Origin: a virus
Length of the DNA stretch: 64,000 bases
IMG/VR virus record: IMGVR_UViG_3300045988_178965
Coordinates: 96,001 to 160,000 of that record
Strand: one strand, 5' to 3'
Shown here: positions 1-9,611 of the stretch, piece after piece
Layout: each line of letters begins with the position of its first letter
Position numbering within the stretch: position 1 is the stretch's first letter
Made by a program: the position numbers and the translations under genes
The notes under the pieces: model-generated
Seen by the model: the letters and a program-made list of their open reading frames with translations, nothing else
Told to the model about the DNA's origin: nothing
The model's database searches: none

Positions 1-383
1 GCAAATGTCAAATCATATTCATGCGGCGGTAAAATGAAATCAATATTATTAAAATACTGATGAATTCCATCATCGCCATTTGAGCTAGGAATATACATAA
101 GATTTTCTTTGCCAAACCAATTGTCAGATTGAAGTTCGACTTTAATAACCTTACTATTAGGAATCAAATTGCCACTGCTCCATTTACTATTTTTGCTACC
201 GGAATAATCAACAGTGATAACTGCATCATGTTTAATATTACCTGAAGCAAAAGAAGTTTGCAATTTTTCTAAGCTTTTATTCGCATTAGCTATTGCTTTT
301 GGATTTGAAGGATTGGTAGTTTGATCGTTTAACATTGAAACAACCAATACGGATTTTCTTTTAGGTGTAGTTTGTTTTTTCAT
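1..383 (-). CDS. hypothetical protein (N-terminal part; gene runs off the window start)
   Basis: ATG at 383-381 (MKKQTTPKRKSVLVVSML...) with an open frame to position 1. Same strand and packing as neighbouring genes. Confidence 0.45.
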   Translation of the reverse strand, partial: MKKQTTPKRKSVLVVSMLNDQTTNPSNPKAIANANKSLEKLQTSFASGNIKHDAVITVDYSGSKNSKWSSGNLIPNSKVIKVELQSDNWFGKENLMYIPSSNGDDGIHQYFNNIDFILPPHEYDLTF

Positions 384-421
384 TTTGTTTCTTTTATTAT
401 TATAGTTGTAGAAACAAGGCA

Positions 422-748
422 TTATTTAAATGATACGAAAGAACAATCGAACGCTTTTTTCAAGAGCTTTTCAAAGTCTTTAATATTTAATTCCTCTTTA
501 CATGTACTAAAAGAGATTGATACTTTATTGTTTTCAGGGAAAGTATGCCAAGCCCAATGACTTGTACTTAACAAAAAGACCCCGGTAGACATAGTTCTGT
601 TTCCAAAAATGTAATCAGAATAGCCTACACATTGCATTCCAAGTTCGCATAATACAAACTCAGAACAACGTTTTATATATCCATATTCTAGATATATGTT
701 AGGACTCTTATTAAAAAAGAGTTCAAAGTTGTAATCGTGAATTTCCAT
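422..748 (-). CDS. hypothetical protein
   Basis: ORF track 422..817. I prefer the internal ATG (MEIHDYNF...) because the 5' extension runs through a structured intergenic element. Confidence 0.4.
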   Translation of the reverse strand: MEIHDYNFELFFNKSPNIYLEYGYIKRCSEFVLCELGMQCVGYSDYIFGNRTMSTGVFLLSTSHWAWHTFPENNKVSISFSTCKEELNIKDFEKLLKKAFDCSFVSFK

Positions 749-943
749 TTTTAAGCCTCGGGAATTTGCCGATAAAGGCGGTGTCATCATTTGTGATACA
801 AAGAACACATCCGACACCCTAGCTCCCAGCAGGGGCCATTAAATATACAAGAGCCTTAACCCTATCGTCAGCCTAATACACAGACCCTCTAAGGCGCAAA
901 GCCATTAGTTTGATCCCTAGTCACCAGACTGATAATAAGAGAA

Positions 944-1189
944 TTACTTCTCTTTTACCATTAGCTTCACACTCTCTTCGTGAGTGAGCATCGAAGCTTC
1001 CAGTTCATTTAAGAAGACTTTTGTTCTATTTTCAAAATCTTCTTTACCAATATTAGCACGCAAATCTGCAATCATATTTCTGATTTTACTTTCATCAACA
1101 ACTGCAAATCTGGCGTCATGAAGCATCGCCATTTGGTATACTTTATAAAGAATATAAGCAATAGCTATAAAAATAATAATATAACTCAT
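944..1189 (-). CDS. small membrane-anchored protein
   Basis: 81-aa ORF with an N-terminal hydrophobic helix (IIIFIAIAYILY) followed by a charged helix. Confidence 0.5.
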   Translation of the reverse strand: MSYIIIFIAIAYILYKVYQMAMLHDARFAVVDESKIRNMIADLRANIGKEDFENRTKVFLNELEASMLTHEESVKLMVKEK

Positions 1190-1197
1190 ATTTGCCC

Positions 1198-1626
1198 TTA
1201 ACCAATTCTATACTGCATCCAATTAGATAAATCAACCGGCGAATCAAAATTTATAAAATAAGATTCTTTATTGACTCTAATCCCAGACATATGGGCATAG
1301 ATTAAAATATTCTGAATTAGATTTGTAATATCATCAATAGCGGCCATTAGCATATTGGTATTTACAGATCCATTCTCGGATACAGTAATATAGCATTTAA
1401 CAGATCTAAGGATAACTTCGGAATTGTTTTTAATTCCAATCAAGCTTACCGTAACTGGAAACGAAGGAACCATCATCTCTGGTATATCCGAATCTATATG
1501 AAAAGATTCGGGTTCACCAAGTTCAAGTTGATTATTCCAAAGAAGAGATTTAACCTTGAATACTTTTTGATCTTTAAAATAAAGTGTGGTTAAATTATTT
1601 CCATTTTTAAGATTCAACAACTTCAT
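1198..1626 (-). CDS. hypothetical protein
   Basis: ORF 1198..1671 trimmed to the ATG at 1626 (MKLLNLKNG...), which sits just after the upstream stop at 1632. Confidence 0.45.
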   Translation of the reverse strand: MKLLNLKNGNNLTTLYFKDQKVFKVKSLLWNNQLELGEPESFHIDSDIPEMMVPSFPVTVSLIGIKNNSEVILRSVKCYITVSENGSVNTNMLMAAIDDITNLIQNILIYAHMSGIRVNKESYFINFDSPVDLSNWMQYRIG

Positions 1627-1631
1627 TGTTT

Positions 1632-2126
1632 TTACAATCCCATCAATCCAAATTGACTTCCATAGTAACATTCATCGAATACATCCATAAAGAAGTCAAA
1701 GGCCTCGTTAACTTTATTTTCTTTTAAAAGGCCATACAATTTTGTTATAATAAAATAATTTAATACAAGCTTAGAAATACACGCTTGATCAGAAGTATTG
1801 ATTATATAACCAGATGCAGGATCTCTTCCATTGTAGTTATCAAGTTCAAATTTAACTCTTTTACCCATACGAGCTAAAACAAAGCTATCTAATAGTTTGC
1901 CATTTAAATTATATGGCAAATGTATTTCAAATCTATATCCAGCTTTTTTAACTTTAATTGAATCCGGATAAATATGATCATACTTTATAGAGTGAAAGCT
2001 TAAACCTTTTATTTTCAAACATTTTTTTAAAAAAGTATCAAGGCTACCATAAAGAATTTTATTTTTGCAATGAACATCCAGTCCATGTAAATCGGCTTTA
2101 ATCCAATCTTTTCTTTTGTTTTTCAT
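1632..2126 (-). CDS. hypothetical protein
   Basis: 164-aa ORF packed tightly with its neighbours. Confidence 0.5.
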   Translation of the reverse strand: MKNKRKDWIKADLHGLDVHCKNKILYGSLDTFLKKCLKIKGLSFHSIKYDHIYPDSIKVKKAGYRFEIHLPYNLNGKLLDSFVLARMGKRVKFELDNYNGRDPASGYIINTSDQACISKLVLNYFIITKLYGLLKENKVNEAFDFFMDVFDECYYGSQFGLMGL

Positions 2127-2229
2127 ATTACCCTTTCCAATAAAAGATAATTAAAGATGGGCAAAATATATAATGGGTATGCTACAAAAGATGTAGTTCT
2201 TTATTTTGCCCTGCAATTAATATTGCATA

Positions 2230-2427
2230 TTATCTCATTTCAAGTCCACGCATTTTTGCACTCAATGGAACTTTTGGGAGTGGATACCAGGCGACATCAA
2301 ATCCTTCACAGAACACGTCTTTTCGGCCAACTCCAAATTTGCTTACAACCCATACCACTTTGTTTTTTGGAGGTGGAACTTCTTTGGCATCATAGCAATA
2401 GACTTCAGGAGTTGTTAGTACATCCAT
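2230..2427 (-). CDS. hypothetical small protein
   Basis: 65-aa ORF on the coding strand with no recognisable motif. Confidence 0.3.
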   Translation of the reverse strand: MDVLTTPEVYCYDAKEVPPPKNKVVWVVSKFGVGRKDVFCEGFDVAWYPLPKVPLSAKMRGLEMR

Positions 2428-2438
2428 GTTTGTCTGCC

Positions 2439-3668
2439 TTATCTAAAAGTCATTCTACTTAATTCACCAGTTTCTCTGGAATAAATAATTACGTTTGTAC
2501 CAGACTCTGATGTCCAACCATGAGAGCTACTGTAAGCATCATTAGGGATTAATGTTTGATGTTGCTCAACAATAATTCCAAGACTTTCAACTACACGACG
2601 ATGATGCTTATCGCCCATATGTGCATATCGATATTTGGTTCGTCCCCAAATTTCAGGGAACAATGATGGAATTACTCCGGCCATTTTGGCAAACTGAACT
2701 TTATCGCCATGATGATAAGCAAGCATAGTTTTACCGAATTCAATTGCATAGAACGGATAAGAGCTTTTAATTACTGCTATATTAGGATCATTCTCAAAAT
2801 AATATGAGAACAACTCTTGCAGCCATAAAGATCCAATAGGGTCATGGTTGCCTTGGGCAATCAACAGTGTAACATTAGTTGCTTTGGTTCGGGCACGTTG
2901 TACAAAATATGCAATGATTCTAACTGCAATAGAAATTAAATCAGAATAGCGAGAATCCTGATCAAGAATATGTCGTGACGCAGGAGTAACGGCAAGCTGA
3001 GAATCACTATGCAGGAAGTCACCAAGAATATTAACAATAGCATGTTCAGTATGGGGAGTTGCCTCTACCATAGAGTCAATCACTTTGTAGATTTTTTCTG
3101 TAGCAATTTTTGTAGACCACTCTTCACCAGATTCGTCTTTAGATGCAAACATGCCCAAATGATAATCTGTGATCGTGTATTGTGCTAACAAGCCCTCTCC
3201 GCTAATCGCTCTAGGGACAAGATTAAATGGCGCAGGCTGAATGATATCTTTAAATGATTCCATTGCACGATAAATAGTTTCTGCAATAGGATTTGCCTTG
3301 CCATCTTTTTTCACCCATTGTAATTTAACATTACCTTTAGCATCATATAAGGTTGATGTACTATCAGCAGGAGAAATTTTAACAGGCTCTTCAACAATGC
3401 CTGATTCTGCATTAGAAATAGGAAGAGTGAGAACTGCAGTAGTGTCAGTTACAGTATCCTTTTTAATATCACTTTGCTGACTTACGACACCATTTGCAAG
3501 TCGCCCACTCAAAAAGGTCAATACATTTCCAATTGTGCCTGTTGAGACACCTAATTTTTTGGCAGCTTTTCGAACGCTACCAGTTTCAATAATTGCTTTA
3601 AGTTTTTCACGTTGCGCTTCGGTTGTCGCAACTGTTAGTAATTTTTCAAAGTCGTATTTAGAAGACAT
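2439..3668 (-). CDS. HTH domain + calcineurin-like metallophosphoesterase
   Basis: N-terminal HTH-like segment (GSVRKAAKKLGVSTGTIGNVL). Phosphoesterase motifs GDFLHSD, GNHD, HHGD and GDKHH. Start moved to the ATG at 3668, which has an AAGGG RBS; the annotated 5' end overlaps an intergenic hairpin. Confidence 0.7.
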   Translation of the reverse strand: MSSKYDFEKLLTVATTEAQREKLKAIIETGSVRKAAKKLGVSTGTIGNVLTFLSGRLANGVVSQQSDIKKDTVTDTTAVLTLPISNAESGIVEEPVKISPADSTSTLYDAKGNVKLQWVKKDGKANPIAETIYRAMESFKDIIQPAPFNLVPRAISGEGLLAQYTITDYHLGMFASKDESGEEWSTKIATEKIYKVIDSMVEATPHTEHAIVNILGDFLHSDSQLAVTPASRHILDQDSRYSDLISIAVRIIAYFVQRARTKATNVTLLIAQGNHDPIGSLWLQELFSYYFENDPNIAVIKSSYPFYAIEFGKTMLAYHHGDKVQFAKMAGVIPSLFPEIWGRTKYRYAHMGDKHHRRVVESLGIIVEQHQTLIPNDAYSSSHGWTSESGTNVIIYSRETGELSRMTFR

Positions 3669-3696
3669 TAATTTGCCCTTATTATTATTATTAAAA

Positions 3697-3733
3697 TAAA
3701 AAAGAACCGACACATGTAAAACATATGCCGGTT
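3697..3733 (-). promoter_or_regulatory. GTGTCGG-type intergenic hairpin + U-tract
   Basis: Minus sense reads AACCGGCATATG-loop-CATGTGTCGGTT followed by CTTTTTT. Two G.U pairs exist only in the minus-sense RNA. It lies 38 nt upstream of the ATG at 3668. Confidence 0.6.
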
Positions 3734-3781
3734 TTAATTTAATACAAGTATTAAGCGGAATTAAACCGCACTTAAATTGTT

Positions 3782-3931
3782 TTAAATATCTTCGCCGCGG
3801 AAACGTAGTTCTTTTTCGGCTTTGATACGATATTTAACATCCAATTTTGGAAGCATTTCTTTGAGATTCTTAGTAGAAATACTTTTAACAGATACAGGTT
3901 TTTCTTTACGTTTTGAAATCAAGCTTTTCAT
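3782..3931 (-). CDS. small basic protein (49 aa, below the ORF-track cutoff)
   Basis: ATGA start/stop overlap with the upstream gene. Sequence begins MKSLISKRKEKPVSVK... Confidence 0.3.
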   Translation of the reverse strand: MKSLISKRKEKPVSVKSISTKNLKEMLPKLDVKYRIKAEKELRFRGEDI

Positions 3932-4284
3932 TTTGTTTCCTTTTGAATTAAAGGTAAGGACAAAAGTCTTTTAATGTCCTCTGGTTTATGTCCATCATAT
4001 TCTGGTGCATTTGGTAATTCTTTTACATTAAATTCATACCAATACTTAGAATTATAATGATAAGTATATTGACCTTCGGGTGTATTTATGCCTACAATAA
4101 ATGATTCTTCAAACATTGTACCATCGCTGTGCTTCCACGACTTCCAGGCCAAATCTCTGTTGTTGTGACATATAATCGAGAAGAGTATTCTTCTATGTTC
4201 ATAAAGCTCTCCAAAGGTATGGTATCCATCGGATATATCTTTAGTGGAAAGCCCCTTTGAATATGCAAATTGTCTAATATCCAT
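3928..4284 (-). CDS. conserved-looking phage protein (GYHTFGELYEHR motif)
   Basis: ORF trimmed to the ATG at 4284, directly after the thyA stop. Confidence 0.45.
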   Translation of the reverse strand: MDIRQFAYSKGLSTKDISDGYHTFGELYEHRRILFSIICHNNRDLAWKSWKHSDGTMFEESFIVGINTPEGQYTYHYNSKYWYEFNVKELPNAPEYDGHKPEDIKRLLSLPLIQKETK

Positions 4285-4285
4285 A

Positions 4286-5155
4286 TTAGACCGCCATTTT
4301 AGCTTTAAGTGGACCATGACTTTGATAGTCAATCAGTTTTACATCATCAACAGTATAATGGAAAATGTCTTTTTCTGGATTTAGCCATAATTTAGGCAAT
4401 GGCAATGGTTCGCGTGACAATTGTTCTTTTAAATTGTCAACAGCATTCTCATAAATATGAACATCACCCAATGAGCCAATAAGTTCACCAACCTCTAGGC
4501 CTACTTCTTTAGCAAGCATATGGGTAAGAATAGCATAAGACATAATATTAAATGGAAGACCTAAAAACAGGTCAACACTTGCTTGTGTCCACATACAATT
4601 TAGTTTACCATTTTGAACTTGGAATTGAACTTGCGTATGACAAGCAGTTAATGCTGCGTGACTAATTTGAGCAGGGCTATAAGACAGCATAATTAATTTA
4701 CGGCTATTTGGATTCGATTTAAGCTCATTAATTAACCATTCCAGCTGATCAAATCCGTCTACATATCCATAGTATCCTTCTACGATAAAATCTCGCCATT
4801 GTGTTCCATACACGCATCCAAGATTTGCGTAAGGAACTTCGCTAACTTTTTTACCAGTCCAGGCTTCATAATTATCGGACCAAATCGTTCGCTTGTCTTT
4901 TAACTCTTCACGGGATTTACCGTATTGAATTTCTGCTAATTCGCGCTCATTTGGGCTCCCACTAATAAACCATAGCAGCTCAGCCACACAAGCTTTAATA
5001 GCCATCTTCTTGGTGGTTAAAACAGGTAGCCCTTCCGATAAATCAAATCGAATCTGACGGCCAAATACGGTGTATGGTGTAGGGATTTCTGTTCGGTTCG
5101 GTTTAGGTGTTCCATCTTCAAAGACATCCTTAACCAAATCTAAATATTGTTTCAT
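4286..5155 (-). CDS. thyA: thymidylate synthase (ThyA family)
   Basis: MKQYLDLV... N-terminus, ELLWFISG, active-site CH (LTACHTQVQF), DLFLGLPFNIMSYAILTHM and GDVHIYEN all match ThyA hallmarks. Confidence 0.9.
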   Translation of the reverse strand: MKQYLDLVKDVFEDGTPKPNRTEIPTPYTVFGRQIRFDLSEGLPVLTTKKMAIKACVAELLWFISGSPNERELAEIQYGKSREELKDKRTIWSDNYEAWTGKKVSEVPYANLGCVYGTQWRDFIVEGYYGYVDGFDQLEWLINELKSNPNSRKLIMLSYSPAQISHAALTACHTQVQFQVQNGKLNCMWTQASVDLFLGLPFNIMSYAILTHMLAKEVGLEVGELIGSLGDVHIYENAVDNLKEQLSREPLPLPKLWLNPEKDIFHYTVDDVKLIDYQSHGPLKAKMAV

Positions 5156-6202
5156 TTAGCTATCCTTTTCTTTTTGGTTCATATATCGCTCTTGATAGAC
5201 TCGACATTGCTGAATGCCTCGATACTCTCTCAGACCTTCCATTGGAAGATATTTAAAATCAATGCCATCAACTTTATGCCCGAAATAGCAGATATGCATA
5301 TCAAGCTCAGCCTTATCGCTTAAAGGTCTTTGGATCTGAGAACTTCTATCGTTAAAATAGGACATAATTGTGGTTCTTAAATATCCCTTAAGAAGATTAT
5401 ACTCATGGGCAATTTCTCTTGGATTCAAATCCGGACATTTACTCTTAAAGTCCTCATAGGAATAATGAGTTTTTACCAATGCACTTAGACACGCATTAGA
5501 TTTAATAGTGATGTCCTCGCATTGTAATCGGCGAATAAAATCTCTATCTTCAAAGAAATGAATTAGAATATCCGAAGTAATGCCAATATCTTTAACATCT
5601 TTGATGTATTCCAGAAATCTGCAATACATAGGATGCTTCATCGCTCTAGCAAGTTTCTTTTCAGGAATATCAGTAAAAATCTTTTTAACAAAGAACGGCG
5701 ATTTAGATATAGCTGCAAATGCCTCTTCTTCTCTTGTAAATTCGTGTTTGTATATACCAATTACGCCTAGAATTTTATGCCAATTGTTAGTAACAAAAAC
5801 TTCATTGCTATTGTACATATAGTACAGTCCATTCGGATTCAACTTAAATCCTTGAGATTTAAATATTTTTCCAATAATTGGACAGAACATACCATAGGAA
5901 TAGTAATTCAAAGCGTACGGCATATTGTTGGTTTCTATTAAATCAACTTGAATTTGTTTGCCTTTGTGCTGAATCAATACGGAAGTGCCATTTATTTCCA
6001 ATACAAGGCCGTGCTTGTAGAGAAGCTCTTTGGCAAAATTTGTACAGCTGACAAGAATATCAATATCACCAAAACTGTTCTTATCTAAGAAGGATTTCGT
6101 AAAAGCATAATTCATTGGTGCAAGAGCTGTAGAGATAGACAAACAGGCCTCTTCATATTCCTCTCTGCTCATTCTTTCTGTTTCAAATAGATTGCCACCC
6201 AT
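5156..6202 (-). CDS. Pol-beta-superfamily nucleotidyltransferase-like protein
   Basis: An hG[GS]...DhD-like motif (NSFGDIDILVS) lies near the N-terminus. No further assignment is possible. Confidence 0.4.
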   Translation of the reverse strand: MGGNLFETERMSREEYEEACLSISTALAPMNYAFTKSFLDKNSFGDIDILVSCTNFAKELLYKHGLVLEINGTSVLIQHKGKQIQVDLIETNNMPYALNYYSYGMFCPIIGKIFKSQGFKLNPNGLYYMYNSNEVFVTNNWHKILGVIGIYKHEFTREEEAFAAISKSPFFVKKIFTDIPEKKLARAMKHPMYCRFLEYIKDVKDIGITSDILIHFFEDRDFIRRLQCEDITIKSNACLSALVKTHYSYEDFKSKCPDLNPREIAHEYNLLKGYLRTTIMSYFNDRSSQIQRPLSDKAELDMHICYFGHKVDGIDFKYLPMEGLREYRGIQQCRVYQERYMNQKEKDS

Positions 6203-6203
6203 A

Positions 6204-6662
6204 TTACTCCTCTCCGGATTCTTTTGATTTTAAATAATAGCGCCACAATTGGTATTGTTTTCTAATGGCCTCTTCGCCTACACTATTCTCCCTATCTGCG
6301 TCTCTTTTGATCGCATCTTCTAAAGAGATTGGAAATTCTTTAATTTCAAAATCATATCTATTATCACGAGCAAAATTTTTCCAAAAGTTACGAGTATTTG
6401 GATTAAGATTTGTATCAGAGATAACAATATTTTCTCTAGACGAGACTGCAGATTTAGCAAGTGCAACTTGGAACTGAATGACTTTTGTTTCATTACCTTT
6501 CGGATTATATGTCTTCCAATTTGCACCAGGCTTAATGATATTAAATCTAATATCGTCTTTATTGATGTTTACTGTATTAAAAAATTCTACTTCATCTAAG
6601 CTTTCTACCCAGGTTGTTTTACCAGAAGCAGAAACACCAACTGTAATTGTAAGCTTAGGCAT
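6204..6662 (-). CDS. pnk: polynucleotide 5'-kinase, kinase domain only (T4 Pnk N-domain-like)
   Basis: P-loop GVSASGKTT followed by INKDDIR, as in the T4 Pnk kinase domain. No DxDxT phosphatase domain is present. Confidence 0.7.
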   Translation of the reverse strand: MPKLTITVGVSASGKTTWVESLDEVEFFNTVNINKDDIRFNIIKPGANWKTYNPKGNETKVIQFQVALAKSAVSSRENIVISDTNLNPNTRNFWKNFARDNRYDFEIKEFPISLEDAIKRDADRENSVGEEAIRKQYQLWRYYLKSKESGEE

Positions 6663-6663
6663 A

Positions 6664-7248
6664 TTAAATCCATCCCTTATCTAAGTCTATGTTATTATCA
6701 AAGATACAACATTCGTACTGGTGTTTAATAATTTTAAATTTGGCAGGCATATCTTTAATTAAAGATTCCGTTTTATTTAGAAAATCATCCATATCAGAAT
6801 AGCTTCTAATGGTTATAAACCTAGTATTCTCTTCGCCTCTTAAAGAGTTTCTAGACAAATGCGAATCTTTGCTTTTGCAGTAATCTTCAAGTTCTTTCAT
6901 ATCAATATTATTGAATCTTACTTTGGTATGATATTCAAAATATTTATGTTTGAATAAAGGATAATCTTCTCTCAAAGCATTGAATTCGAATAATGGAATT
7001 TCAATTTTGCTTCTAGACACCTTAAAACCAGATTCTTTCAATGCATTATTTAGACCTCTTACATAAATTTTCATATCTTCCATAAGGTCAAAATCTATCA
7101 CTTTTGACAACATTGGCTGAATAGTATGATCTCCATTTGGCAATTCTATTACCAAAGGCTTACAATAGAGCTCTTTGCATTTGTCTTCAAATTCTTTGAG
7201 TTTTTCTTTAGACGGTAAGTCTACTGTTATATGAATTTCATATTTCAT
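6664..7248 (-). CDS. putative 2H phosphoesterase (LigT/CPDase/Acb1-like)
   Basis: Two H-x-[TS]-x motifs (HITV near the N-terminus and HLSR about 130 aa later). The size of ~190 aa fits. Confidence 0.4.
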   Translation of the reverse strand: MKYEIHITVDLPSKEKLKEFEDKCKELYCKPLVIELPNGDHTIQPMLSKVIDFDLMEDMKIYVRGLNNALKESGFKVSRSKIEIPLFEFNALREDYPLFKHKYFEYHTKVRFNNIDMKELEDYCKSKDSHLSRNSLRGEENTRFITIRSYSDMDDFLNKTESLIKDMPAKFKIIKHQYECCIFDNNIDLDKGWI

Positions 7249-7277
7249 ACGTATCTCCGATATTTAATTTATATAAG

Positions 7278-7310
7278 AAAATAACCGCCCCGTATCTAAC
7301 AGGGCGGCTT
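7278..7310 (-). terminator. hairpin + U-tract (variant ending GGGGCGGTTATTTT)
   Basis: GCCGCCC/GGGGCGG stem followed by TTATTTTCTT in minus sense, between the SPFH gene and the 2H gene. Confidence 0.6.
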
Positions 7311-7317
7311 TTATTTT

Positions 7318-8103
7318 TCAGTTAATTTGTTTCATTAATGTGATCGGCGCGTTCCCATAAAGAGGGGTTTTGCCATCCCATTTTTCAATAAATTGTTGTT
7401 GCAAAAGTTTTTCAGTAATACCTTCTGATTTCAATTTATTGGTTTCCGCTTCAAGACGAGCAAGCTCTAAACGCTTTTTCTGTTCTTCAATTTGCTGATC
7501 AATTACAGCAATATTCTGATTAACTTCATTGCGTTTATCAATACGTTCAGTGACAGATTTAGAGAATGTCAATTGCGAACTGAATGTCATCAATTCAAGA
7601 CCGCGTTTTTTAAATTCTGTTTTGACAATTTCTTGAACCTTTTGTTCAAATGACAAGCTACCGCCTTTTGCCATCAATTCTTCTGTCGTATATTTTCGAC
7701 TTTCTTCTTTCATCAGGTCTAGAATTTTTGGCTCAAGAATATTGTCTTGCAATGATTGAATAAACTCAGAACCATAGCCAAGTTGCTTGTTGTCAAACAC
7801 AACATCAACAGCACGATCCTTGGTGACACGGAAGGTATAGACAGGTGTTGCGGAAAAATCTGTATTATCAGATGCCTTCAATGTAATAGCATCTTCAAAT
7901 TTACCACGTTGTTCCCATAATGGAACTTGATACAATTCTGTGCCGGGAGCAACAGTCCATACCAGACCTGAAACAACGGAAAAGTCGGATTTGCCATTGC
8001 GACCATAATTTTCCATAAGGACACCGGCCTGATTTGGTTCAACACGAGAGCATGCGGCAATTGATAATGTTGCCAACAGGGCAATAAAAACCTTTTTAAT
8101 CAT
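7318..8103 (-). CDS. SPFH/band-7 (prohibitin-like) lipoprotein
   Basis: Signal peptide with lipobox (LSIAAC). SPFH-type body followed by a C-terminal coiled coil (QQIEEQKKRLELARLEAE). Confidence 0.75.
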   Translation of the reverse strand: MIKKVFIALLATLSIAACSRVEPNQAGVLMENYGRNGKSDFSVVSGLVWTVAPGTELYQVPLWEQRGKFEDAITLKASDNTDFSATPVYTFRVTKDRAVDVVFDNKQLGYGSEFIQSLQDNILEPKILDLMKEESRKYTTEELMAKGGSLSFEQKVQEIVKTEFKKRGLELMTFSSQLTFSKSVTERIDKRNEVNQNIAVIDQQIEEQKKRLELARLEAETNKLKSEGITEKLLQQQFIEKWDGKTPLYGNAPITLMKQIN

Positions 8104-8261
8104 TTTGAAATATTCTCCAAAAATTTAATAACAGATATAGGAATAATGAATGAAATTAAAATTCCTAAAAATGGATATGGTGTATGATTGAAAGTCCAGA
8201 TGGCAACAAAACCAATTATAAACATACATAAAACAAAGGCAAGTACTCGGTATAGCTTCAT
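8100..8261 (-). CDS. small membrane protein
   Basis: ORF trimmed to the ATG at 8261 (ATGA overlap with the upstream stop). Two hydrophobic segments. Confidence 0.4.
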   Translation of the reverse strand: MKLYRVLAFVLCMFIIGFVAIWTFNHTPYPFLGILISFIIPISVIKFLENISK

Positions 8262-8479
8262 TCTTCTTCGTTTCCTCTGGTAATAATCAATCCGATAAAA
8301 ACAACGATTTCTACCGGAAGAGTTATGAGCCACGCAATACATGTGCCAAGAATCATGAGAATAACTATGCTATTGTCGACTCTGTCGTATCCTGGCAGTT
8401 CGATTTTCTTTTTGCGGACGATAAAACAAACCAGTAAAAATAACAGAAGCCCAATAACTGCAATCATAATTGGATTCAT
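8258..8479 (-). CDS. small 2-TM membrane protein (paralog of 45204..45425)
   Basis: 73 aa, the same length and layout as the 45204..45425 ORF (CFIVRKKKIELPG vs CFVIRVKDIDLSG; GLIITRG vs GLLITGK). Confidence 0.55.
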   Translation of the reverse strand: MNPIMIAVIGLLLFLLVCFIVRKKKIELPGYDRVDNSIVILMILGTCIAWLITLPVEIVVFIGLIITRGNEEE

Positions 8480-8838
8480 TTAGTTTCCTTCTCTCTAGAC
8501 TTAGGGCCAAAATATTTTTCATAAAAGCCCTTCATTGAATCATAAAACCTGTTTTTATCTCCACGACTTCTATGTCTGCCATATTTGGCAAGAACTGAAT
8601 TTGTATAAGAAGTAACGGCGTCTTTTGTAATACCATAAAGTGTAAGATATTCAGGGTTACTAATTTTTACAGGCTTATTGTTTAAAATACAATAATATCC
8701 TTCAAGGTCGGCGTATTCCCGATGCCGATTTGAATTTAATGTTAGAATCGACACTGTTGGATTTTCGCTGATAGAGCAGATAGTAATATACTCATGTTCT
8801 AAGCGCTCATCCTTTACAGCACCACTTGTATAAAACAA
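8476..8838 (-). CDS. hypothetical protein
   Basis: 120-aa ORF whose end overlaps the next start by 4 nt. Confidence 0.5.
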   Translation of the reverse strand: MFYTSGAVKDERLEHEYITICSISENPTVSILTLNSNRHREYADLEGYYCILNNKPVKISNPEYLTLYGITKDAVTSYTNSVLAKYGRHRSRGDKNRFYDSMKGFYEKYFGPKSREKETK

Positions 8839-9027
8839 ATCACCATCTTCCAGGCCTATCTATCCTTTTCTTTCACTAAGGAGAAGATGTCTATACTTCC
8901 AATTGGGACTACGCTCAATCATATTGAATGTAAAACCAGAAGATGAAAATTCTCGATAATATTCTACAAATCTTCCATCTTCACCCAAGCCAGAAATAAA
9001 ATCATAAATAAATAGCATACTATTCCT

Positions 9028-9603
9028 TCAAATACAACGATTGCTAATTCCAGCAAACATCTTACGATATATTTCCTCGGCTTGATTCAAGCTAGTTTCA
9101 CAGGTATACCTATGGACGTCTTCTTTATGGACTCTATTATATAGATAGCCGATATTCAGATACACATCTTTAATGTTGGGTTTGTCAGCAATAAACATCG
9201 ATTCGTCTAATGGGATCATCTTTCCATCTTTAAATATACAAAAGGTATCTAATACGATATCTTTTAAAGGTGAAAATAATCTTTTTTCACAATAGATAAT
9301 CTCTGCACTCTTACCTTGCTTATATACGACAATAACTAAAGAACCGTTATTTATAAAACCGGACTCATAGTCATATCTTTCAACTTTAGATACATAGAGA
9401 ACATCACTATTTTCTATATTGAAATGCTTATCAATTGTAGGAACTTCATCGTGTCTATTATCCCAATAGGTATTTTCGTACTTCTCTCTAGCAACAGTAT
9501 TTTTGTTTATAACACAATCGATGTTATCAATAATTGTTTTGAGAAAACGAAGTTCAACACCATCTTCATTTTCTTTTATATGAAAGAAATTGGAATAAGC
9601 CAT
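9028..9603 (-). CDS. hypothetical protein
   Basis: 191-aa ORF. Confidence 0.5.
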   Translation of the reverse strand: MAYSNFFHIKENEDGVELRFLKTIIDNIDCVINKNTVAREKYENTYWDNRHDEVPTIDKHFNIENSDVLYVSKVERYDYESGFINNGSLVIVVYKQGKSAEIIYCEKRLFSPLKDIVLDTFCIFKDGKMIPLDESMFIADKPNIKDVYLNIGYLYNRVHKEDVHRYTCETSLNQAEEIYRKMFAGISNRCI

Positions 9604-9611
9604 AAGAACTC

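Noticed and set aside
4286-5155. A possible dUMP/dCMP hydroxymethylase (hypermodified-base pathway) instead of thymidylate synthase
   Set aside because: The sequence follows ThyA motifs closely. A DHFR gene, which is needed only when the reaction produces dihydrofolate, is present nearby. I cannot fully exclude the hydroxymethylase without a phylogeny.
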